Source of the DNA: Octopus sinensis
Taxonomy: Eukaryota
Assembly: GCF_006345805.1 (NCBI RefSeq)
Contig: NW_021833018.1
Span: 186,001-250,000, forward strand
Direction: 5' to 3'
Length of the DNA stretch: 64,000 bases
The notes under the pieces are model-generated. The model saw only the letters and a program-made list of their open reading frames with translations. It was not told the origin of the DNA and made no database searches. Made by a program: the position numbers and the translations under genes. Of this stretch, positions 14,068-24,608 are shown in pieces. Positions within the stretch are counted from its first letter, which is position 1. Each line of letters opens with the position of its first letter.

Positions 14068-14379
14068 ACAATTCTATGTTTAGACAATATAGATTATTTC
14101 TAATATTTTAAATAAAATTTTAAAGAGTTTTTCTCTTGCACCCAACACTATTGCATAGAAAGGGATGGTAATAAATCAAATTTATTTGAACCAATCTTCT
14201 TTCTCTGCTCGTTGCTTTTTCTATTCGCATAGCGATTCAGCTAGGCATGGACACCGTTTTTTTCGAAGTGCTGACAGCCACTGGGGAAGTTGTACTCATA
14301 CTTATTTGATGATAAATCTCTTATTTTTTTCAGTTTAGCAGTTTTTTCTCACGGTTCAACTATGTTCCTATAAGAAACA

Positions 14380-15950
14380 ATTATGTTCTCAAGGGTTTTA
14401 TTTTTAGTAAATGGTTGTATGTATGAGTATGTTCTCTTACTGATGTTAAGCGGACGTGCATATTGTAGAAATTTTGGAGCCACAAGTCTATCCTATGTTA
14501 ATACAATGGGTACTATATTCACTCTTGCATGATAAATTAATTTCAAATTATTGGATGATAGGTCGTATTTTCATATTTTTTCAATCGCCACTTACTGTAA
14601 ATTTCCTAAGTTCAACCGAGAAAATTTAATTTCTTATCTTGTCGAACACAAACGAATCAGACTTGTAATGTTCATAGACTATGTCAGTCTTTATGAATGG
14701 TTTGATTTTAATTCCGACTTTTTCATTCGTCAATACAGATTTACCAAATGTGTTATAAGCTTTCTGTCATCTTTGAGTCTAAATTCTTGACACAAATGAA
14801 AGTGAACGGATCTCACTACTTCACCATACCTTCTAACATTATCTCCATATAACATCTTTTCACATCTAGTGGCACAGTGATCGACGGTTTTTTTATTCTG
14901 ATCGTTATGATTTGCAGAGAATAGATTTCTATCTTGAATGAGAGAGAATAAGCTTTCAGACCGTAAGGAGTTGTTATCTTTAGGAGGGTCTAAAGTTTTT
15001 AAATTTACCAAATCCTTCATAGAATTTTTGTATATAATGGAATAAAAACTTTGAACAAGTCTGGTTCAATAGGTACTTGTTCATCGGTTTTTTAAGCAAA
15101 ACTGATTCCTCAAATAGATTTTTGTTGCTTAAGTATTCTTTAATAGTTACCACATGAGTTTTCTTCAACATTTTAGCTTAAAGAATCGATAAGGTTCTTT
15201 TGTAGACATCACTTCTTCCTTTTAAATCCACAATGAATCCATGAAGCATACGCTTACTTATAAAAGAAATTGAACGCAATTCTCTTCAAACTATATGTTT
15301 GGTTGATCTCTTTGTTCATTAATGCTTGTTCCTTTGCCCCCTGGCACAACTTACTTGTTCCCAATTAATTTTCTGAAAGAAGATCAGAGGCTTCAAAAAA
15401 TTTTCCAAGTTTGTTATTTACAAAATGAGGATTTCGAGACTTGGACTGTTAGCCCTTCTATTCCAGTCATCTTTTTTTTCAATCTCAACACTCAACTGTT
15501 ATTTCCGCTACATATTCTCCAAAAACAAAGCAGCAAACAATTATAGTTAAACAAGGAGAACAAGGGGCCAGGGCAAATGAAGCAGAAATGTAAACCCTGA
15601 TTAAGATTAACTTGAGTTTACTACATCAAGGCTATTTGCTCTCCTGAGATGAACGATCGGATCCCACGACCAGAGGTTCAGTCGTTTCTTAGACATTTCG
15701 GAAGTCAGGAAAGTTAATTTCAAAAAAGAAAAATCAGTCGCCAGGGTTTAATTATTCTTTCCTTTTTTATTTCCTCGGCGGTGCTAACAGCAGGATACAA
15801 ATTCTATGCAAACAAGATGAGATGACGTTTTACAATAGAAAGGAACTAGGTACAATAACAAAAAAATCAAGCAAAAGAGGAATAGTCTCTTTAAAACTTT
15901 TTGTTTTCCCTTAAACTAGTTTGTTTAGCAAGATTTTTCAAATTATCAGA
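14380..15950 (-). mobile_element. R4/Dong-like RLE non-LTR remnant
   Basis: KTVDHCATRCEKM...YGEVVRSVHFHLC zinc motif and C-terminal VNIVPIVLT..YIQ..KTLE. Many stops. Confidence 0.7.
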
Positions 15951-16026
15951 ATTGCAAAATAGACTGGTCTACAAAAGAAACTTATTACAAAATAAAGGAA
16001 AGATTAAATAAATATTTTATAAATAA

Positions 16027-16137
16027 TCAGCCGGACTGGTGAACTTTTTGACTAACCAGCATGTAGAGTACTATTAGCCCGAATGCAACCATGCTCAAGA
16101 TTTCATTTATTCTACTGAGAGTAAATTCGTCAATCAT
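16027..16137 (-). CDS. OST4: Probable oligosaccharyltransferase 4-kDa subunit (36 aa)
   Basis: MIDEFTLSRINEILSMVAFGLIVLYMLVSQKVHQSG*: length, MI-x-E/D start and LIVLY transmembrane motif match OST4. An AG acceptor lies directly before the ATG. Confidence 0.7.
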   Translation of the reverse strand: MIDEFTLSRINEILSMVAFGLIVLYMLVSQKVHQSG

Positions 16138-16575
16138 CTATAAACGTAAAACAACAAATGACACGTAACCCCAAATTGAAATTAATAATTTTTTATTTAA
16201 TTTTTAGATATTTCTATGATTATAAAAAAATATATTTAAAAATTAATATAAGGATACAAGACTAAGGTTTCGCCAAAAAGTCTATAGAACTAATATTCTA
16301 CCCAGTACACTCCAGTATCATAAATTTTAAGGTTATTTTCATGAAAAATAAATCTAAACAATCACTTTTTATCCAAATAATTGAGGATCTATTGAAATTT
16401 TATTCAAATTTAAGGTTCCAATTTTGTTTGGTGCTCCTACCTTTTCCGTCTTTTCGAGATGGTAATTCTTTAAAATACATCCACTCCAATACCGCAAATT
16501 GCCAAGATGTAAAAGTGTATAAAAATTAGAGTATTTTTAAAATCAAAGAAAAATATCTAATTCTCACCAGGAAAA

Positions 16576-18621
16576 TCATTTTTTATTACAAAAATATGTC
16601 ATAGGAAGTGGTTTACGTACAGCAGTGGACGAAGTTGTCCTGTACTCGTATATCAATGAGTCTCTCGCAACATAGAAAGCCATTCGCTTTGGTTCCTATA
16701 TAAAATAAACAGAAAAATAAAATTACGGAAGTTTTCAAAGGACTGGGAGGTTGTCTTACTGTTAAAGTAGTTCCACTGACCAATATTTCAAGCTACCCAA
16801 TACAAACGAATATTACCTGCTGATGTACTATTCTTCTAACCCTATTCAAATCAGATTGTGCGTCCAATTTCTCAAAAATACAAAAAGACTCAATATCTCT
16901 AAATCTTATACAGCATTATCTACGGAAGGTAATTGATAGTCGTTATGTTGTCTTCCAAGCAACTAGTGGTCCACCCCAATCCGTAGTAGAGCATCGTAGA
17001 TGCAATTGACTCCAATGAAGGCTGAATGTTTCCGCGGGGACTAGTTAAATTGGGAACCTATGAATTACAATGTCGGACATCAACCTGCTTGATCATTCTC
17101 TCATTGAGGATCTTTAGCAAAAAAGGTAGCAAGTCGGCCAAACATTGGTGATATCTCCGAACAGATGGTTTCATTCCTCCCCTAAAGACAACGTCCACTC
17201 CCTATATTCTCAGACACAATGCTCACATTTAAGTCTTGTTTATTCCAAATTAAAGTACTTTTTGCCTTTTTTAACTCAGAATTAAAATTCTTCACAAAAA
17301 ACGGAACAAATTTAAGGAGAGAATAGTCCTGACTAGCCCGAGTAGTCACATTGAAAATATCACACATGCAAAGAGACTCCAACTTGGGAGAAATCTAACA
17401 ATAAACTCACAGACTCCACCGAAGAAAGGGATCTGACGGAGTCGTATACTCCTTCATTTAATCGAGCCAAATAAGCTTCGTTAATGACCGAATAATGCTT
17501 GTCAAGGACAACTTGTCTCATAATTCTATCGACCGTAACTGACCCAAGGTGACTGAGCAACTACGTAATCAACAACAATAAAAAAGACTTGAATAACATT
17601 GAGTGACCGTCGAATGTCGCATTTAAACAATTCGAGAACTTGATAGAGAGCATTATGTTCAAACTCAACTTGTTCTGAAACACATATCTGCAAAACATAT
17701 AACAACGTCATTTATTACGGAAGAGAATCTGTCAACTAATCTCGTGACCAGTGGAGGTCTTACATACAAAAGAATGGCACTGTCCAACATGGAATACACT
17801 ACAGACCTCGTATATTGAATGTAAGAGATTACAGATCGTTACATATGCATATCACGGGACACAAAAGACCAGGCTTCTTTGATTTAATAAGAGAACGTAG
17901 AAAGTTTGCAGCATTCTAAAATGTGAGAATTTATTCACTTTGGTTATTTCCTCCAAAATGATACAAACTGGCTTGTTAGAAATTAGATTATATTTCGATT
18001 GAGTTGTGTTTAAAAAGTTAACAGTAAATTGTGAGTGCTCAATACTAGTTTTAGTATGCAAGTTAGGGATACCAAGAGACGTTTATTTCGACTCCATGGT
18101 GCCCGGAATGACGAGAGCATACATTGGCGAGTGTAGTCTTCCCACAGCCGGTTGGGCCACAAATAACGGCAATCTTAAAATAAAATTTCCAAATGAGGAC
18201 AAAAATATATGTATTTCAAATAAAAATCAACTTTATTTTTTTCGGGAATTTTAGTTTTCCACAAGGTGAGCCATTCTAATAGTCGTCGGTTTGCAGTCTA
18301 AAATAACGTTCGTTCATTTACTTCGTCGCTAATAAGCTTGTGGTACCGACTAGAGGCGTACTGGTCAGCCCAAATCTGTCCACTCCCTTTTAAGTTAACG
18401 GAAGGAAATTTTTTATTAGAAAAAACGTCCTATAAACATTAAAACATATCCAAACCAATTGATTAACATCATATTTCATGAAATTTGAAAAATTTGTGTG
18501 TGAATCTACCTGGGGGTTTTAAATAATGTTTTGGCTATACTGTCAAATTAACATTTCTATCTGTCGTTAGATAGAGGCGTTTTCCACTAAAGTTGGTGAG
18601 CGTCAAAATAGAGTCAGTCAT
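16576..18621 (-). CDS. CHTF18: Chromosome transmission fidelity protein 18 (RFC-like clamp loader)
   Basis: IWADQYASSRYHKLISDE, Walker A GPTGCGKTT, GVEINVS, CPVICICND, CDIRRSLNVIQ, C-terminal STAVRKPL. Many short introns; start approximate. Confidence 0.88.
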
Positions 18622-18716
18622 TAAAATTCAACAACAAACGGTTTATATTATATAATAATTAATTGAATTAATAAAAAATCTATTGAACATTTTTTAAATA
18701 GATATTTTAAATTAGT

Positions 18717-19280
18717 TTAGTGGTCAGATATCTCCTCAAAGAGACTGTCATTGTAAGATACAACTGACCTATTATCGACAAATTCTTTCTCGACTTCTAA
18801 AATTAGAAATCAGCGACAAACTTGAAGAAGTGGCATTATTCCAATTGTTTTGAACATCCTTATCTTCCTTGTGATCAAATAAGAGCATTCTTTTCCTTGA
18901 ATTACTCAATCTCCCTCTACTGCCAGTCGGCTGACTTACTTCTTGGTCTGATTAAAATATTTAAAAATATTACAATGAGTCTGGCTGAATTGTGTCTCCA
19001 AACGCTAAAAGTAATATTCAGATTACTGACTCTGACTGCTTCAAGTCGTTCCATTATTCGACGCGCATTTTCTTCTGGTTTTTCTATTGAATAAAAGCAT
19101 ATTTATACTTTCTTCCGGACTGACTGTCCTTTTGAGCGAATATTGTTTTTTTACTTTAAGCTCTTCCTAAAAAATAATTAATATTTTAGTAACCTTTGCA
19201 TTTAATTTTAATCTTCCTCGTAACTCTATTTCATACTCAGTTTCAGGACCAAAATCAAAATTAAAGCTGAATTTTCCCAT
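18717..19280 (-). CDS. Hypothetical multi-exon basic/low-complexity protein (~145 aa)
   Basis: Continuous frame after removing five ~23-26 nt GT-AG introns (MGKFSFNFDFGPE..ENARRIMERLEAVR..FEEISDH*). No family recognised. Confidence 0.45.
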
Positions 19281-19594
19281 ATCACCAATAACACACGTAC
19301 TAGAAAATTTTTGATGAATTTTATTTGTTATTTTTAATTTTAATTATATAATTCAAATTTTAATTCATTAGTGTAGTTCAAAATATGATCTTTTAATAGC
19401 TGCTTTGATTCCTCTTAATTGACATCATAAAGTGCATTTGAAATAGCGATTAAAATTTTAATTTTGAAATTTAAATATTTTTTAACTGCGATTGATGAAA
19501 CAGTCGACGTTATGGGAATTGCACCACGTTCGATTTTGAAATTGAATTCAAATATTTTTTCGAATTTTTTTCGAATTTTTTCTAAGTCCATAAG

Positions 19595-19634
19595 TGTAAC
19601 GACCTAGGCTCGGTAACACCCTAGGCTCGTGACA
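19595..19634. mobile_element. Orphan Ginger-type terminus (two 17-bp subunits ending GTGACA)
   Basis: TGTAACGACCTAGGCTC-GGTAACACCCTAGGCTC-GTGACA has the same subunit layout as the TIR of the neighbouring MITE. Confidence 0.5.
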
Positions 19635-19639
19635 TAATA

Positions 19640-20481
19640 TGTCACATGCCCTGTTCGTTACCATGCCCCGCTCGTTACCATTGCTCTAAATTTTTAAAAT
19701 TTCAATTTAAAATATTTAAATGATTGAAATATATTTACTTATTAATTTAAAAATTAATAATATTATGGATTTTTATTTTTTCAATGCTTAACCATTATCA
19801 TTAAAAAACAATAAATTAAGCATGCTGTTTTATCTCATGGTTATGGTTAGGTATAGGTTAGGGTTAGGGTATAGGTTAGGGTTAGGGTAGGTTAGGGTTG
19901 GGGGAAGGTTAGGGTTTGGGTGAAGGTTAGGTTTGGGTGAAGGTTAGGGAATTGGTTGGGTTTAGGGTTTGAAAAAATTTAAAGTAGAATTTTCGAATGG
20001 AGATACAAAGATTGTTCACATGAAAAGAATCAAAAAAGGACAAATTTAATTTTTCGTTTTAAACTTCAGATCTATATATGATTTTAAACTAAAAAACTGG
20101 ATAAAGTTTGAGTTTTTTATAAGAGATCTACAGATGATTTTAAACCTTTATCTAAAAACTGGTTAGAGTTAATTATAAAACTATCAAATTATGTGCCTTT
20201 AAAGCGTTTCACACAATTCACATTTTTAAAATATGTTTTAATGTGCTTATCAGTCAAAATGGTTTGTTGTATAAAAATATTATTTTAATTTATTTGTTTT
20301 AAAGCATCTTTTAGTATATCATTAAATTGTACTCTAATTAACCTAATATATAGGTTGAATTTTATGTCGTTGTGATTGATTATTAATTTTTCTAAAAAAT
20401 TGAAAAATCATTAATCAATTATTTCTCAGAAATAATTCGGAGGTAACGAGTGGGGCATAGTAATCCCTGAGGCATGTGACA
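19640..20481. mobile_element. Ginger-type non-autonomous element (MITE) with telomere-like array
   Basis: ~40-bp imperfect TIRs TGTCACATGCC...CTCGTTACC / GGTAACGAG...GGCATGTGACA. 5-bp TSD TAATA at 19635-19639 and 20482-20486. Confidence 0.82.
19839..19970 (+). repeat. Degenerate (TTAGGG)n array inside the MITE
   Basis: GGTTAGGGTTAGGG units with variant spacers and a 17-18 bp higher-order period. Confidence 0.9.
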
Positions 20482-20559
20482 TAATAGATGTATCAATAAA
20501 GACTCTTTGTGTTTCGCTATTTAAGAAAATACAGATTTCTACACGAATTAAATATGCCA

Positions 20560-21150
20560 AATATCTTTTAAATAAAGAAAATGAATTCATAGACAATATT
20601 TTATAATCAAACGAATCAAAAATACCACTTTTTTGACTGAACTACACGCCTTTAATTTGGTGTAAATTTAATCAGGCGTATAACCAAAAATGCAGCATAC
20701 CTATTATAAAGCAAGGGGAAGAAGTATCATGCTGTATGGCTGTTTTTCTTTAGCAGGCGTAGGTGAATTATTTGTAATAGATGAAATAATGAATTGCGAA
20801 ATATTGCGAAATTCTGGAAGAATGCCTTTCGTTCGGTCGCTAAATTAAATTTGACACAACAATGGAAATTCCAGTAGGACAACAAACCAACACATAAGTC
20901 AAAAATAACTGTTGAATAGTTACTAAGAAACAAAATAAATGTTTTGCAATCTAATCGAACACTTGGGAAATTTTAAACGTGAAAGTTGGTTTAAGAAAAC
21001 CAAAAAAACATTAACAAATTAAAAAAAATTTGCCTTTAAGAATGGAAAAATATTACTCCATTTGAATGTTAGAAGCTTATTTAATAAAAGATTGGAAGCA
21101 GTTCTACTAGCAAAAGGGAATGCAATTAAATATTAATTTGATTTCGTTTC
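20560..21150 (+). mobile_element. Tc1-like transposase remnant
   Basis: GRSIMLYGCFS..G..KFQ*DNKPTH..NLIEHL, degraded DD34E motifs. Confidence 0.6.
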
Positions 21151-21249
21151 GTTCCATGACTTTTTTTTCAATAAATTGATTTTTACATAAAAATCGCTAA
21201 TTATTGCAGTATAAACAACTCAAGTGAGTATAGCTTTTTTTCAACAATT

Positions 21250-21427
21250 TTTATTTTATTTAACCGCCAAGACCACGATAAAAATCAGACAAAAGTCACG
21301 TGATCCCGATGCACTCGACCAGGGACCTCATCTTCGCTAGGTGATCCTTCCACGAGCCCACACAAGATCGCACCGGACAGCAGGCTGTTTTTGACGGGGC
21401 ATTTGCTGACGGACCGAGATTCAGCTT
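21250..21427 (-). mobile_element. LINE family L terminal ~175-nt module fused to CRE
   Basis: Matches about 5538-5715 (KLNL..SANA..CIGIT*, 3' UTR, A-rich tail). Confidence 0.78.
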
Positions 21428-22462
21428 CGCACGAAGGCATGCCAGGCGGTGTTGGTCAAGTGTTACCGAGAGCTCAGACACACGCGCTCGGCATGCGATA
21501 GTGTCCCAGCCACGTTGAGAGGAGAAACCCAGGCCTCTCAGAAAAGGAGTGATCCCAGGTAGTAAGCCCATCCGACAAAGCACCGTCCAGGCAAGATCCG
21601 AAAGGTTTGTGTAGGATCTCAGAAGCCAGGTTGTGGCACATCGAAAGGGAGGATAGATATGCAAGAAGTGCCAAATCGGATGCAATATGGATTCCCGCAC
21701 CTCTGAATCTCAGCGGGAGCAAACATTGGGCCCATCCCGGAGCATCGAGGTGGACGTTGAGGACGGATTCAGCAGCTTTTTTCAGAATGGCGTCGTATGC
21801 AAGGAGTAGATCTATATGCAAGAAACAGGGATTGCTTCTAAGGGTGAAGATAAGTTTCGGCATATGGATGCTGTTCCTCATGAGGAAAAAGGCAGTGTGT
21901 AAGTCCAGGATAGAAAGGTTGGTTAAAAGTCTTTGAAAGTGTTCGGTTTTGGCAGATAGCATGCATCGGAGCTTTGTGTCGGACAGGGATCCCCGAGTAA
22001 GGTGACGTCATCGATTGGGGTAACGTTGGCGCCAGGAAGGGTTGCTCTGAGGCGGGCCACAGCGGATTGGAAGTCCGCCTCCGAACAGGAGACATTGATG
22101 ATCTCGGTCTTCTTTGCGTTGACCGAGAGGCCGAGGGTAGCCAGTGCTGTTACGATGTGTTCAACATCCCGAATAACGTGGTCAGCACGGCCACCCAATG
22201 TGGCATCATTAAGATACCAAAGATTGAATAGAGAGACAGCAAGTCGAGCTGCCTCATCGATTGTCATCGCGAAGAGGAGTGGCTCTAGCGGGTCACCCTG
22301 TTGCACGTCAGTTTCTGAACGGATGATCTCATTCCCATATACAAGACTGCTCTCAGAACCGTACGCAAGCGATACAAGATTATTTCTGGTGCTCTTCGAG
22401 AGCATGTTTCCAAAATGGCATCGCGGCGCACGCTGTTGAAAGCGTTGGTGATATCCAGCTTA
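21428..22462 (-). mobile_element. CRE-clade RT fragment
   Basis: KLDITNAFNSV, DVQQGDPLEP, WYLNDATLGG, PKLIFTLRSNPC, DQHRLAC. Confidence 0.86.
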
Positions 22463-22607
22463 ATTTTTATTATCTAAATATTTTTTATAAAGGTCATATT
22501 TTTTTCAAACGACTTCTATGTACATTTTTAACTAAATCGTCATTCATGTCCTTAATCTCGCACGTAACCTTAGCAACTTCGGATATTTGGAATATAGTTG
22601 AATCGAT

Positions 22608-22898
22608 ACCAATTGGGGGGCCAAGGATGAGGAGGTTTTTTTATCGGTGATCCGCACGCCTTTTAAGATATCTTCCAGAACGACCATAGTTTCGACAAAA
22701 ATTCCGTGTGAGCAGGGATAATTACGCGAACCCCTCTCATCTATTGGTCTTGAGATAAACTCTGCCAAATCCAAAGTTATAAATCTCAATATCCCACACG
22801 GAATTTTTGTCGCAACTATGGCCGTTCTGGAAGATATCTTAAAAGGCGTGCGGATCACCGATAAAAAAGACCTCCTCATCCTTGGCTCCCCAATTGGT
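22608..22898. repeat. ~100-bp inverted repeat of CRE RT coding sequence, 84-bp spacer
   Basis: Arms 22608-22710 and 22795-22898 are reverse complements with a few mismatches. The plus arm reads IGLEINSAKS..DLLILGSPIG. Confidence 0.85.
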
Positions 22899-22927
22899 CG
22901 CGAGGCTTTTCCTCAAACTCTTATTAA

Positions 22928-24581
22928 TAGGGCAATTTTTTTTTAGCACTTAAAAAAAAAAATTTAGCGCTAAATCTAGCATTTATAATTAAAAAAATTA
23001 GCACTTAAAATGATCAAATCTAGCATTTAAAATTGTAAAATCTATAACTTAAAATAATAAAAATTTATTTATTTAAAAACCAAGAGCACCGTCAGGCCAG
23101 AAAACAAGATTAATTAGGTGATCCCGACATTCCCAATCAGACTACGCATCCTCTCTCTGTGTTCGATATGATCCCCAGGCGCCAAAATAATAAAAATAAC
23201 ATTTAAATTTTATCTCCGTTAATTTCAACTTAATATCGGGATTATTTACATGATGTTTAGCATTTGATACTAAAACTCCATCTGACTGAAATGCGTTAAC
23301 AATTTCACAAATTTTTTCAAAATTCGTGAAATAATATTTCGCTGCTTTAAACCAACTTCCTCATCTGCATAAATTAAGAAAAAGAATACCTAGTAATTAC
23401 GACATCAGGTGGGTATCCAACATCCTTGAACAAATTACGACGTCTTCGGTTTTTTACTGTGGCAGCTTTAATGCTTGCAATTAAGCCATCTATTTCCGGA
23501 TATGCAGACTTTATACGTAAAACCGTATTGTGTAACAAATGAGAAACACAAGTCACATGATGCATGTTGTTATACATGACCATTAAAGTTTTACCGCCTA
23601 TTTATTTAGATACTTTTATATCACCAGAAATCATATAAGGAGCGGCATCTGAGATTAACAGATAAAAATTGTCACGAATAATCTTCATTTCTCTAATGAC
23701 GTCATCTATTATTTGGCAGATGACAGCAGCATTGGCATGATTTTCCAGTGGTTTGCATTCAACCAAATAGGATTTTGTTGGAAAGCGAATGCTTCCAATT
23801 AGAATCACTACAAAACTTTTCCTTCGGATATCTGTTTCATCAATTATTATAAAAATCTTTTCGTTTTTAAAAGTTAAAAAATAAACTTTAATACGTTAAT
23901 AATTTTGTCAACTCATTTATCTTTTTTTGTGCAAGAAATTTAACCGTAGTTCTGCATGAAAATTCGGACGGAGTGTTAATGTTAAATGTTTTAAACATTT
24001 TTTTGATCGAATCATTTTTTAATTTGTATAGCGGGATGTTTGCTTGTACAAAAGTTTCCGTGATCGTTTCTTTAACCGAATCTACTTTGATTGATTCAGT
24101 TAATCTCGTTTGAACTGAATCACATGAATGACCTACAATTGTATTACATTTATACGCATATTGTTCTGATGTTTTAAAGAAGAACAATGAGAATCGACAG
24201 AAAATTTTTTTGCACAGTTGACTTTGGATAAACAAAGAGAACAAAATAGAAGGCCATGGTCAGCAATACAAAACTCATCTTTGAATTCTGAACTATACGC
24301 TTGGCTTTCTTAAGCAACGAACACTTGGGTTTTGGCATCACTCAAAATACTATATAGCGTGCTAAATTATTTTATTTAATATGGGTGGCATTAAAAAAAT
24401 TTTAAATGCAATTTAAATTAGCATTTAAAAAAAATTAGCATTTAAAATTACAAATAGCATTTATAGCATTTATAATGTATGTTTTTTTTAACAAAATTAA
24501 AAAATAATTATTCCAAATTCAATTTTATATTAAAAAAAATATAAAAAGTAAAAATAGCATTTTAGCACTTAAATTGCCCTA
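22928..24581 (-). mobile_element. hAT transposon (CGGBP1-like type), decayed transposase
   Basis: TIR TAGGGCAATT/AATTGCCCTA; exact 8-bp TSD CTTATTAA; subterminal TAGCA(C/T)T arrays; LLISDAAPYM and VTCVSHLLHN motifs. Interrupts a CRE frame (..PQTLI|NKAAVL). Confidence 0.92.
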
Positions 24582-24608
24582 CTTATTAACAAGGCAGCTG
24601 TTCTGTCA

